Below, in pieces: positions 17,583-27,063 of a stretch of DNA of 63,125 nucleotides. The stretch is from contig JBDRBN010000026.1 of the NCBI GenBank assembly GCA_043822785.1, forward strand, positions 1-63,125, read 5' to 3'. Each line of letters opens with the position of its first letter. Position 1 is the stretch's first letter. A program made the position numbers and the translations under genes. This DNA comes from Pseudomonadota bacterium. Its GTDB lineage: Bacteria; UBA10199; 2-02-FULL-44-16; JAAZCA01. A model generated the notes under the pieces. The model searched no databases. It was not told the origin of the DNA and saw nothing but the letters and a program-made list of their open reading frames with translations.

Positions 17583-18917
17583 ATGGACGTTAAGACAATA
17601 AACGAGCTGCTTTCTAGCGGAGAAATAGACAGAGAAGACCTCTGGCCACGTATCGTTGAAATGGAATCAAAAGCAGCCCAATTCAGGTTTGAATTCGGTT
17701 TGGATGAGCTGCCAAAAGAACCTGGCATTATAACTATCAGAGGACCACGCCAATATGGAAAAAGCACCTGGCTAGAAATGAATCTGAGAATATCTATTCA
17801 AGACTTTGGAAAGGGATCGGCATTTTATATCAATGGTGACGAGCTGGCATCCGCTGATGAGCTTGCAGAACAAATGAAAGTTTTGTGCAGAGCTTATTCT
17901 CGAGATGCAAAAATCAAAAGGTTGTTCATCGATGAGATAACCGCGGTAAAGAATTGGGAAAAAGCCATCAAAAAGGTGGTCGATCAGGGGCTTTTTAAAG
18001 ATATCCTCATAATTACGACAGGGTCAAAGGCTTCTGATCTGCGCCATGGCACAGAGCGTTTACCTGGGAGAAAAGGTCGTCTCAAGAAAAGCGAATATAT
18101 TTTTCTGCCAATCTCTTATCGTGAATTCAATTATCAAACCAGAAATGAGCTCGGCAATAAAGCTTGGATAGCCTACCTTCTGACTGGCGGTTCCCCAGTG
18201 GCATGCAACGATATTTATCAATTCGAAAAACTACCTGAATATTTTATTCAAATGACCCGCGATTGGGTATTGGGAGAGACGGTCTCGTCCGGCAGAAGCC
18301 GTATGCTGTTGACGCAGGTATTGCACACAATAATGAAATACGGAGGCCAGCCAGTTGGTTTTGCAAAACTCGCACGAGAATCAGGCCTTGCAAACAACAC
18401 AGTTGCTAGCGGTTATATAGAACAATTATCGGACCTGCTTTCGTTGCTTCCATCTTGGCCGTGGGATAGTCAGAGGGACATCTTTCTATTAAGAAAACCC
18501 TGCAAATTTCACTTCATCAATCTTGCAGCTGCCTTGTCTTTTCACCCTTCAATGCCGCGCCATATTCACGAATATGAAGCTTTGGATTCGCATGTGCAAT
18601 CATACTTGCTTGAATGGCTTGTTGCCCAAGAATTATGGCGACGCGCTGTTCTTGCACAAGTTGAAAATCCTGAAGTCATTGGTTTTTGGGCATCGAAGGA
18701 GCATGAAATTGATTTTGTAACGCATGACAGACAAATGATTGAAGTGAAACGTGGACGCGCGGGTCCGCTGGATTTTGGCTGGTTTAACAAAACTTTTCCA
18801 AATGAGAAGCTCACAGTCATTTGTGACACTCCCTTTGCAAGCGATCAGTTAATTGGCATCACAATTGACAAATTTCTTATGAACACACCTACTACACTCT
18901 ATTTTAATGAAGAGTAA
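17583..18917 (+). CDS. AAA+ ATPase with DUF4143/PD-(D/E)xK-like C-terminal domain (COG1373-type)
   Basis: Walker A GPRQYGKST. Walker B LFIDEIT. C-terminal EIDFV...IEVK nuclease-like motif. Confidence 0.8.
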   Translation: MDVKTINELLSSGEIDREDLWPRIVEMESKAAQFRFEFGLDELPKEPGIITIRGPRQYGKSTWLEMNLRISIQDFGKGSAFYINGDELASADELAEQMKVLCRAYSRDAKIKRLFIDEITAVKNWEKAIKKVVDQGLFKDILIITTGSKASDLRHGTERLPGRKGRLKKSEYIFLPISYREFNYQTRNELGNKAWIAYLLTGGSPVACNDIYQFEKLPEYFIQMTRDWVLGETVSSGRSRMLLTQVLHTIMKYGGQPVGFAKLARESGLANNTVASGYIEQLSDLLSLLPSWPWDSQRDIFLLRKPCKFHFINLAAALSFHPSMPRHIHEYEALDSHVQSYLLEWLVAQELWRRAVLAQVENPEVIGFWASKEHEIDFVTHDRQMIEVKRGRAGPLDFGWFNKTFPNEKLTVICDTPFASDQLIGITIDKFLMNTPTTLYFNEE

Positions 18918-18926
18918 TGAACATAA

Positions 18927-18978
18927 TCCCATCCATCCGCGCCTCGCCCGAAAACCGCCGGCATATGCCGTTTCTTTA
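18927..18978 (+). repeat. Orphan copy (D) of the radical SAM 3' tail
   Basis: ccatccgcgcctcgcccgaaaaccgccggcatatgccgtttctttaa. The 26-nt core gaaaaccgccggcatatgccgtttct is identical to 17428-17453. Confidence 0.85.
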
Positions 18979-18995
18979 AAAAAAGTTCAACTAAG

Positions 18996-20530
18996 AGAGG
19001 CTGTTGATAAAGTAGGGGGTTTAGGTCATTAAAAATCGGGCGATTTTTTGAAAAAAGGCTGAAATTTCGGTTTGCCCCCTGTATCGCCTCCTTCTGTTTT
19101 CCCTTTCCCCGGCTCTCGGGGGCATGGCTCTTAGGGAAGGGGTACTGTTACGCAACCGCCGCCATCGGAACAAGTCTCACCGGCGGAGCATTGATTAGGA
19201 TATTTATCAACCGCTGAATATTTGCAGCCAGCGCCGTGAAGAAACACTGAAACCTGAATTTTGCCAGACCACGATACCGGCACCGCCTCATCCCAAACCC
19301 GTTTTTCAATTGTCCGTTCTTTCGCTCGATCGCTCCGCGCTTTTTCATGAGCTCCTTGTATGTTGCAGTCTCGTTAAACGCTGCCTTACGCTTCCTATAC
19401 ATAAAACTCGGTGATGCCAGCACAGTAATGCCGCCCCCGCCATGTCACATAACTTGCCGACGTCTCTTCACCTCCAGGACATCGCATGCTCGGCGCTCCA
19501 CTCTGGCCCTGGATCAATTCAGACATATCATTCGCAAAAACGCTGCTCTCGCTCCTCTGTTTCAGAGGCGTCACCACCTTCGTGCCTTTTCCTTCCAGAT
19601 ACATACCCAAGCCTTCATCCGCATCTCCCACCACTGATGCGGGCTTGATCCCAGCACACGAAAGCTCCGCCATCATCTCACCCACTCCCCACGTGTCATG
19701 CCGATTCCCAAGCATCCCTTCGATCGCCGTGATGAATCCATCCCCGCTCTTCTCCAGATACTCCAACAGCCGACGTGCTGCCTGTACCAGCTCCACCAAA
19801 TGATTCTTCTCCTCCCCGCGCTTTGCAATCTCAAACACAACTCCTAACTCCAAATTCTTTGCCAACTGATTCCCCACTCCCCCTGGAAGCCTCTCCGCGC
19901 TTCGCAACACCCCCTTAATCCCCATCCGCAATAACTCGATCGTGTTCGGTATCGCGATATCCGCGATCACATGCGTGGTGTCGATCACTCCAGTCTCCCC
20001 AGCTTTTATTAGCCCAGCCTGGATAAGCGCCTCTCGAAATCTATCAAAACATACCGCCGTCTGATCATTCTCCACCAGCATCCCCCGAAACTTGCACAAC
20101 ACCGTGTGATCGAATCCTCCGTCATCCATCGGCAATCCCAATGCGTACTTCGTAGCCAAATTAAACCGGATCTGCCGCTCCATCTCCCGATCCGACAACC
20201 GATACCGCTGCTGCAATATCAGAGAACATGCAATCAACGATGGCGGGATCGCTCCTCTCCCTCGGTCCGGACTCTAAGCCCATGCAAAATCCTCGTCGCT
20301 GATCAGAGGCCGAACCACTCGCCTGAAATGCCACTCGAAACTCTCCTCGTCGATCAAATGCTCGATCCATTCCGTACCCCAAAAACTCCCTTGCCCACCA
20401 CCGCGCTTTAGCATTTTTTACCCCCGTCGATTTTATGACGCATCCTCAAATCACCTGCTGATATGCATAAATACTACATCTCCACCTATTTTCATACCTA
20501 ATATGCATCGAGAGAAAATCAACAGCCTCT
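18996..20530 (-). mobile_element. Decayed IS5/IS1182-like insertion sequence
   Basis: 13-bp terminal inverted repeats agaggctgttgat (18996-19008) and atcaacagcctct (20518-20530). They enclose a disrupted DDE transposase. Confidence 0.75.
19148..20411 (-). pseudogene. DDE transposase (DUF772 N-terminal type) with an in-frame TAG and a frameshift
   Basis: N-terminus MLKRGGGQGSFWGTEWIEHLIDEESFEWHFRRVVRPLISDEDFAWA*SPDRGRGAIPPSL... continues into ORF 19395-20237. The C-terminal domain (ERKNGQLKNGFGMRRCRYRGL) is in another frame (19148-19423). Confidence 0.75.
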
Positions 20531-20727
20531 AAGACGTGTCAAATTTTTAACTTCCAAAAGGCGCTATTTTTCATTATGGTAACAGGTATGATTTTAAATG
20601 TTATTATGTTATCAAGATGTTATGGTATAGTGTTTTTTTGCACAGAACTTGCATAAATTCAGTGCTCGAACTGATTGGGCACTTATAACTGAAACAAGAG
20701 GAATAATAGAAAAATGAGGAGGTTGTT

Positions 20728-20826
20728 ATGAAAAAGACAGGAAGTATCACCGCAAAGAAAGCTGGTTTTAAGAGTAAGCTCGGCCGTCGCGCTGTTCTTC
20801 CTGCTAAAAGTACGCGGTCAAGATAG
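20728..20826 (+). CDS. Small ultra-basic peptide P3 (32 aa), candidate precursor peptide
   Basis: Hand translation: MKKTGSITAKKAGFKSKLGRRAVLPAKSTRSR. GAGGAGG SD lies 6 nt upstream. The stop is 29 nt before the radical SAM 3 start. Not in the ORF track. Confidence 0.6.
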   Translation: MKKTGSITAKKAGFKSKLGRRAVLPAKSTRSR

Positions 20827-20855
20827 ATCTGAAATGGGTCGATTAGAAGATTAAT

Positions 20856-22673
20856 ATGAATGCTAACAGGGCTGCCATCATATCACTCCCCTGGGCTGAA
20901 TATCGTGCGCCATCAGTGGCAATCGGCGCACTTGCATCCTTTGCAAGAAGATATGGGCATAAAGTCGATGCGCTTCAGCTCCACCTTCCTTTTGCTGCTC
21001 TCTTTGGTATAGATCGATACGATAAAATTCTAGATGATGTAGCAGACGAGTCATCAAAAGGCCATGTTGGAGAGGCGCTGTGCGCAGCTCTTTTGTATAA
21101 AGACGAAAAACATAAGCTTTTGGAATATATTGGAAGATCTATAGATTATCCCCAGAAAAATCTTCGTTCACTCGAGCGCTCGCTTACTCAAATATATAAA
21201 ACCCATGATTGGAGCCACTACAGGCTGATAGGGTTTTCAACAACTTTGGGCCAGCTCTTTGCTTCACTTCTGTTTGCCTCATGGATAAAGAAGGACCATC
21301 CCAACATCCGCATAGTCCTTGGAGGAGATCCAGTAAGGGGTGCGCTAGGCGCATCGATATTGAAAACAAATCCACACATCGATTGGTGCGTTGACGGGGA
21401 AGGGGAGCTGGCCTTCACAGCCCTGCTTAATGGACTAAAGCAGAAAACTGGAACCTTTGAGACAGAGGTTCCGGGTCTTATATATCGCGATGGTGATAGG
21501 ATTTGTCATAATGAGAAAAAACAGATCCCTGATCTTTCAAATCTTCCAGATCCAGATTTTGATGATTATTATAATACTCTTAACGAGCTTGATAGCCTAG
21601 CTAACAAGGAACTCTATGCGTTTTTGCCGATAGAGACAAGCAGAGGGTGCCTGTTCAGGTGTGCCTTTTGCGGAGATCGAAGCGTATGGCAGGGTTATCG
21701 CATGCGCAAACCAGAGGCTGTAGCTAAGCTTGTTAAGAGATTAACCAAAAAAAATCGAGTCGACAGGATTATCTTCACTGCACTTATGATGTCGCCTGAC
21801 TATCTTAAAACGTTATCAAGATTGCTATCCAAACATCGCAGAGATTATAAAATCGTCACTCAATTGAGAGCCGACACCCCTAAAGAGGTTCTCATCGAGT
21901 TAAAGAAAGCAGGTGCATGCGAAGCGCAGATTGGTATAGAAGCGCTTGATTCAAAGCTTCTTAAAAAGATGAATAAAGGCACGACAACTATTCAGAATCT
22001 TGCTGCCCTCAAATATTGTGCAGAAATCGGCTTAGATGCAGGGCAGAGCAATTTAATGATAAATTTTCCCACAGAAACAGGGGCAGATTTAGATAGGACA
22101 ATATCGACAATCGATTTCGCAATACAATATAGCACGCCTAACGTAGCTTGGTTTATTCTTAAAATTGGATCACTTGTTGCAGAACAGCCACAAAAATATG
22201 GGGTTACATCTATTAATCATAATACGTACTTTTATGAATATTTACCAACAAGGATAGCGCATGAAATCAAGTTGCAATATCTCTCGTTCAAATCCAGGAA
22301 CATGACAAAGCAACATCACGAATTTTTGAATAAAATGAAGAAGTGGAAGAAGAGCTATGAAGAAGCTAAAAAGGCAGGCCGCTATTTCCTTTCATATACC
22401 GACTGTAAAGATTTTTTACGAATTGAAGACTTCAGAGAAGGTTCCAGTTCAGTAACACTCGAAGGCTGGATAAGAGATTTATATCTCTATTGCGATAAGA
22501 TAAGAAAGCTGGATGAGATTCAAAGGCAATTTTCAGAAATCGATTCAAAGGAACTAAAGCGGACTCTTCAAGAACTCTATAAGCTCAAGGTCATGTTCAA
22601 GGAGGGCAATGACTGGCTCTCGCTTGCCATCCATGCATCACCTGAAAACCGCCGGCATATGCCGTTTCTTTAA
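20856..22673 (+). CDS. B12-binding-domain radical SAM enzyme, paralog 3 (full-length tail)
   Basis: SRGCLFRCAFC motif. IVLGGDPVRG B12-like region. C-terminus ...ELKRTLQELYKLKVMFKEGNDWLSLAIHASPENRRHMPFL. Confidence 0.85.
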   Translation: MNANRAAIISLPWAEYRAPSVAIGALASFARRYGHKVDALQLHLPFAALFGIDRYDKILDDVADESSKGHVGEALCAALLYKDEKHKLLEYIGRSIDYPQKNLRSLERSLTQIYKTHDWSHYRLIGFSTTLGQLFASLLFASWIKKDHPNIRIVLGGDPVRGALGASILKTNPHIDWCVDGEGELAFTALLNGLKQKTGTFETEVPGLIYRDGDRICHNEKKQIPDLSNLPDPDFDDYYNTLNELDSLANKELYAFLPIETSRGCLFRCAFCGDRSVWQGYRMRKPEAVAKLVKRLTKKNRVDRIIFTALMMSPDYLKTLSRLLSKHRRDYKIVTQLRADTPKEVLIELKKAGACEAQIGIEALDSKLLKKMNKGTTTIQNLAALKYCAEIGLDAGQSNLMINFPTETGADLDRTISTIDFAIQYSTPNVAWFILKIGSLVAEQPQKYGVTSINHNTYFYEYLPTRIAHEIKLQYLSFKSRNMTKQHHEFLNKMKKWKKSYEEAKKAGRYFLSYTDCKDFLRIEDFREGSSSVTLEGWIRDLYLYCDKIRKLDEIQRQFSEIDSKELKRTLQELYKLKVMFKEGNDWLSLAIHASPENRRHMPFL

Positions 22674-22704
22674 TAACATGCCCGTTTCTGTGCCCGATGC
22701 AGTA

Positions 22705-23835
22705 CTACGTAATGAACTCAAGATAATTTTGCCTGGTTATTAATTCGTATTTTGAATCCTTATAAGCCTCGATCCAATCTTTAGGAGCCTTAGCTTTCCT
22801 TGGAGCCCATTTTACTTCATATGCATGGAGCAAGCCTTCGCGCTCTTCGATAAGATCGATTTCTTTTTTATCGTATGTTCTCCAAAAATAGTTGTTGGTG
22901 CTTATCTGCAGATATTCCTGTTTTTTGATTCGCTCTACAATGACATAGTTCTCCCAGAGCATGCCAATATCATTTCTGAGATTTAACGAATTAAAATTGT
23001 TGATGATGGCATTGCGAATACCTACATCGTAGAAAAAATACCGTGAGGTCTTGGATATCTCTTTACGGAGATTTCTGCTAAAACCCGATAGGTGAAAGAC
23101 GACAAAGGTCTTTTCAAGAAGATCCAAATATTTATCAATCGTATTCTTGCTAATGCCTAGCTGTGTACCAAGCTCATCACAAGAAACCTCTTTGCCAATC
23201 TGAAAAGCAAGTAACTGTAAGAGCCTTACTATTTTGTCGGAGTGTCTAATCCCATCAAGCTCTAGTATATCTTTATATAGATATGAGGCGACTATTTCCT
23301 TTAGATATCGTTCTCGCTCATGGTCATCATTAGTTATTACCACTTCAGGATATGAACCATAAATCAACCTGCTTTCCAGATGTGCATCGATTTCGAATTG
23401 CTCTTCCATTTGCATTATCTCCAGCTGAGCCAGGGGATACATTTTGAGCGTTTTCTTTCTTCCTGTAAGGGGTTCACCTACATTTCTAGCAAGATCAAAT
23501 GATGAAGAACCTGTTGCTATGATCTCAATGCCTTCGACGTGATCGACCAGCAGCTTAAGGTTCAAACCGATGTTTTGAATTTTTTGAGCCTCATCCACTA
23601 CGAGCAGCCTATTCTTTCCAACAAACCCTTTGAGTTTTGCGATAGATTGGCTGCTTAAATACTCTTGAACATTTATGTCTTCTCCACTCACCATCAAAAA
23701 TGACCTTTTTTCCTTTTCAAGAAACTTCTTCAAAAGGGTGGTCTTACCGCACCTGCGAGGGCCATAAATAGTAACAACCATGTTGGGCGAAAGTGCCTTT
23801 TTTAGGTTTTTAAGCTGATATTGCGGAATATACAT
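22705..23835 (-). CDS. AAA+ ATPase with DUF4143/PD-(D/E)xK-like C-terminal domain (COG1373-type)
   Basis: Walker A GPRRCGKTT. Walker B LVVDEAQ. C-terminal EIDLI...YEVK motif. Confidence 0.8.
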   Translation of the reverse strand: MYIPQYQLKNLKKALSPNMVVTIYGPRRCGKTTLLKKFLEKEKRSFLMVSGEDINVQEYLSSQSIAKLKGFVGKNRLLVVDEAQKIQNIGLNLKLLVDHVEGIEIIATGSSSFDLARNVGEPLTGRKKTLKMYPLAQLEIMQMEEQFEIDAHLESRLIYGSYPEVVITNDDHERERYLKEIVASYLYKDILELDGIRHSDKIVRLLQLLAFQIGKEVSCDELGTQLGISKNTIDKYLDLLEKTFVVFHLSGFSRNLRKEISKTSRYFFYDVGIRNAIINNFNSLNLRNDIGMLWENYVIVERIKKQEYLQISTNNYFWRTYDKKEIDLIEEREGLLHAYEVKWAPRKAKAPKDWIEAYKDSKYELITRQNYLEFIT

Positions 23836-24045
23836 AGACTCTATTTATTATAATTCAGTCAATTAACTGACTATATTTTATCAAATACAGTCAATTAATC
23901 AATACATATCTGCTATCCTTGCCTCGCCGCAATCAATCTCTACATGTTTTCTTTGAAATATATCATATAATATCAATATGTTATATGATGTATATATGAT
24001 CGGATAACATAAATTGAGAAAATGATTATTTTAACTGACACCTGG

Positions 24046-24084
24046 GTCGTCATTTATCATGATAAATGACGACTGAAGTTTTTT
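24046..24084 (+). other. Perfect 13-bp-arm palindrome followed by a T6 run
   Basis: gtcgtcatttatc-at-gataaatgacgac then tgaagtttttt. There is no plus-strand gene upstream for it to terminate. It sits just inside the orphan tail E. Confidence 0.5.
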
Positions 24085-24114
24085 GGAAAAACTGTGGGGC
24101 CGCAAGTTTTGTTG

Positions 24115-24178
24115 ATGACTGGCTCTCGCTTGCCATCCACGCATCGCCCTGAACCAGCCAGCATATGCCGTTTCTATG
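24115..24178 (+). repeat. Orphan copy (E) of the radical SAM 3' tail
   Basis: gactggctctcgcttgccatccacgcatcgccctgaaccagccagcatatgccgtttctatgaa. The first 23 nt are identical to the tail of paralog 3, which ends at 22673. Confidence 0.85.
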
Positions 24179-24242
24179 AAAATGAAAAAGGCCCGCAAGA
24201 AATGATATTCCCCGTGGGCCATGTTTCATATTGTAGCCGAAA

Positions 24243-24461
24243 TTACTTCTGTGTTGCTGTCGGCTCTTCCAATTTCTTCTGCTCCTCATCGATACACTTT
24301 TTCAAAGCATCGCCAGCCAGATTCTTTGCCTTGCAAACTTCCTCTGCTTTCTTCTCAGTAGCTGTCTTTGTGGCTGCGGCTGTCTTTGTTTCCTCTGCCT
24401 TTAGGCCTGCTGCGACCAGCACGAAAGCTAGTGCTACCATTACGCCAATTAGTTTCTTCAT
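24243..24461 (-). CDS. Small secreted Lys/Glu/Ala-rich protein
   Basis: Strong SD (AAAGGAGGTG). Signal peptide MKKLIGVMVALAFVLVAAGLKA. Two Cys residues. Confidence 0.65.
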   Translation of the reverse strand: MKKLIGVMVALAFVLVAAGLKAEETKTAAATKTATEKKAEEVCKAKNLAGDALKKCIDEEQKKLEEPTATQK

Positions 24462-24588
24462 ATTATCACCTCCTTTCGGGTGGTCTTCTATAGCCCTCTC
24501 ATGAGGTGAAGATTAAACGAAAATGATTTTTTCTTAATTTTAAAGATACTTGACGGCAATACCCTCTTATATGCTATACGCGCTGGCC

Positions 24589-25269
24589 ATGAAGATCCTT
24601 GTTGTAGAAGATGAACAAAAGGTAAGGGATTTTGCGGCAGAAGCCCTAAATCAGGCTGGTATGGTAGTGGATTCAGTCGGTTCAGAAGATGAGATGATGG
24701 CTGCTATACGGACCTTTAAGTATGATGTCATCGTGCTGGATCGCCTGCTTGGAAACATTGATTCCATAACATCCATCCCCCATATACGACGCCTTGCACC
24801 GCAAACCCGCATTTTAGTCTTAAGCGCCCTTGCTGAAGTTAATGAGCGTGTAAGGGGTCTTGTTGAAGGGGCGGACGATTACCTCGGCAAGCCCTTTCAT
24901 GTATCGGAGTTTGTAGCTCGCATACGCAGCCTATGCCGTCGCACAGATGGGTCGCCTGCCGGCAAGCGTAAAACAGTGATCGAATATTCTGATCTGCACA
25001 TAGACCTTGAAACCCAACGCGTAGTGCGCGGAATCAGGCGAGTGGATCTAACTGCCAAGGAGTTCAAAACGCTCTGCGCCCTTGCCCGCAACCCGGGGCA
25101 CATACTTTCCAAGACCATGATCCTGGATGAAGTGTGGGATATGAATCACATCCCCGGGAGCAATGTGGTAGAGGTGACTATTGCAACTCTTAGGGCCAAG
25201 ATCGATCGAGGCGCAAAACCGCTCATCCAAAGTCGCCGCGGCGTCGGATACTGGCTTGGAGAATCGTGA
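24589..25269 (+). CDS. OmpR-family response regulator
   Basis: MKILVVEDEQ receiver start, DVIVLD, and a winged-helix C-terminus (RGVGYWL). The track ORF starts earlier, at 24550. Confidence 0.85.
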   Translation: MKILVVEDEQKVRDFAAEALNQAGMVVDSVGSEDEMMAAIRTFKYDVIVLDRLLGNIDSITSIPHIRRLAPQTRILVLSALAEVNERVRGLVEGADDYLGKPFHVSEFVARIRSLCRRTDGSPAGKRKTVIEYSDLHIDLETQRVVRGIRRVDLTAKEFKTLCALARNPGHILSKTMILDEVWDMNHIPGSNVVEVTIATLRAKIDRGAKPLIQSRRGVGYWLGES

Positions 25270-25270
25270 T

Positions 25271-26647
25271 ATGAAGTTCACGCTTCAAACCAAAGTCGCC
25301 GTAGCCATGTGGCTCATGGCAACCGCCAGCACCATAGCTGCTGCAATCGTTACCGGAAGCCTTCTCATCCAGAGCCACCGCGATTCCATACATCAGCAGC
25401 TTCAGGCAACAACGGCCACGCTCATGTCCTTGGGCATACAGGACTTTGCCGAACTTGAGGACTTCAATCAGCTAAACAGCTTTATCGAATCCGCGCTTCA
25501 GATGGATCGCGTCGACAAAGTGATTCGAATTTTCGACAAGTCCAACAAGCTCATCTACACCACAGCCGGCGAGGGTTATGACTTGCTGCCTGATATGCTC
25601 AGGCAGCGCATTGACAAGCCTGTATTTGAAACAATCGACAGGGACATGCGTGATTATGAAAGCCTTACTGTCCCCTATTTGGGCCGAAAGCATATGCCGC
25701 TGTATTTGCAGGTTGTGATTCCGTTGCCGAAATATTCCGATATCATGGAAGGGTTGTGGCCGCGCATGCTCATCGTCCTGGGCGTCCTGATCGCGCTCTC
25801 TATTGCGTTGGCGCGCTTTATCGCCACACGGCTGCTTAAGCCCGTCACGACGATCTCAAATCATTTAAGCCTTATGAATCCAGAAGCAGCAGATCAGTGG
25901 ACGCTTCTTAACATGGGAGGACACGGACAATATCTTCACGACATAATCGACGGCATCAATAATCTTATCAAAAGAACGCGCGCCACCATGTTCAGGATGC
26001 AGCGCATGAGCCGTTATGTTGCTCATGAGCTAAGAACACCTCTCACCATTCTTCAAGGCGAAGCGGAGATCGCTTTGCAAAAGCAAGATGCCACTGTAGA
26101 GGATTTTCGCCGCACACTTATGAGTTCGCTAGAAGAGATTCAGCGCATAGCAGGCATTGTGGATGCAGTCATGCAGCTTGGCGATGCGGCAGTGGAAAAA
26201 AATCTCTATCAGCCTTATGAATTTGAACTGGTTCAATGGTTGGATGATCATATCTCAGGATGGGAAAAACTCCTCGGCCGCAAAATACAATTCTCTGCTG
26301 CTGAAAAAATCGACGTGCGCACTGACCCCCGGCTATTGTTTCCGATCATCGATAACCTCATTCGCAATATAAAAAAGCACACATCGCCATCTACAGGATG
26401 CGCACTGTCCATAGCAAAAGACCGTGAAGAAACCGCTATAGTGCTGGAGGACGAAGGGCCGGGCCTTTCTTGCGAACTCATCGATGCACTCAACGATCGC
26501 AACGATTTTACCGACTCGATCGGCGTGGGACTGAGCCTTTGCATTAAGATAGCAAACTTATGCGGGTTAAAGCTTTTATTTGCAAACAGAGCTGGGGACG
26601 GGCTCAGCGTGTCTATCGTGTTTTCGGAATTGGACAACGTCTCATGA
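25271..26647 (+). CDS. Sensor histidine kinase
   Basis: Two TM segments. H-box VAHELRTPLT. ATPase G-box region (DEGPGL). The start overlaps the regulator stop. Confidence 0.85.
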   Translation: MKFTLQTKVAVAMWLMATASTIAAAIVTGSLLIQSHRDSIHQQLQATTATLMSLGIQDFAELEDFNQLNSFIESALQMDRVDKVIRIFDKSNKLIYTTAGEGYDLLPDMLRQRIDKPVFETIDRDMRDYESLTVPYLGRKHMPLYLQVVIPLPKYSDIMEGLWPRMLIVLGVLIALSIALARFIATRLLKPVTTISNHLSLMNPEAADQWTLLNMGGHGQYLHDIIDGINNLIKRTRATMFRMQRMSRYVAHELRTPLTILQGEAEIALQKQDATVEDFRRTLMSSLEEIQRIAGIVDAVMQLGDAAVEKNLYQPYEFELVQWLDDHISGWEKLLGRKIQFSAAEKIDVRTDPRLLFPIIDNLIRNIKKHTSPSTGCALSIAKDREETAIVLEDEGPGLSCELIDALNDRNDFTDSIGVGLSLCIKIANLCGLKLLFANRAGDGLSVSIVFSELDNVS

Positions 26648-26657
26648 GGAGATATTC

Positions 26658-27050
26658 ATGAAAAAATTATACTTAGTCGTTTTTATTGTAGCAGCGGTGT
26701 TACAACTTTTTCCAATCCTAGCCCATGCAGGCTACCCCATGATCTCAGGCATTCCAGATCAATACATAAGCGTGAATTCATCAACGGGTGTGATTGGCTT
26801 TAATGTTTATGACGATGAGACGCCGGCTGATCAACTTAAGCTCTCATACACATCCGATACACCCACCCTTGTGCCTGCAACCAACGCCAACATAACCCTT
26901 GGCGGGTCCGGCTCAGAGCGCACCGTGAAAGTAACGCCAGCGCAAAATCAAACCGGCACTGCCACGATCACGATTATCGTAAGAGACACTGATAACGAAA
27001 CAAATCAGGATTCGTTTGAGGTGGAGGTAACGAGACAACCAAAAACATAA
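26658..27050 (+). CDS. Small secreted protein with an Ig/cadherin-like repeat
   Basis: GAGGAG SD. Signal peptide MKKLYLVVFIVAAVLQLFPILAHA. TATITIIVRDTD...FEVEVT beta-sandwich-like pattern. Confidence 0.6.
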   Translation: MKKLYLVVFIVAAVLQLFPILAHAGYPMISGIPDQYISVNSSTGVIGFNVYDDETPADQLKLSYTSDTPTLVPATNANITLGGSGSERTVKVTPAQNQTGTATITIIVRDTDNETNQDSFEVEVTRQPKT

Positions 27051-27063
27051 ATGAGCAAGCAAC

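Noticed and set aside
19442-20411. Plus-strand ORFs 19347-19637, 19442-19648, 19486-19803 and 20106-20411, and minus-strand 20161-20382
   Set aside because: They lie within the IS, antisense to or out of frame with the transposase remnants. The transposase homology (DUF772-type N-terminus, DDE C-terminus) explains the region.
20638-20654. Sigma-54-like promoter TTGCAC-N5-TTGCA, 74 nt upstream of P3
   Set aside because: The spacing fits the -24/-12 consensus (TGGCAC-N5-TTGCA), but the near-invariant GG dinucleotide is TG here. No enhancer-binding protein is encoded nearby, so support is insufficient.
24031-24504. ORFs 24031-24222, 24050-24289 and 24094-24504
   Set aside because: They overlap the orphan radical SAM tail, a palindrome, and the antisense strand of the small secreted protein gene, which has a strong SD and signal peptide. 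There is no independent support.
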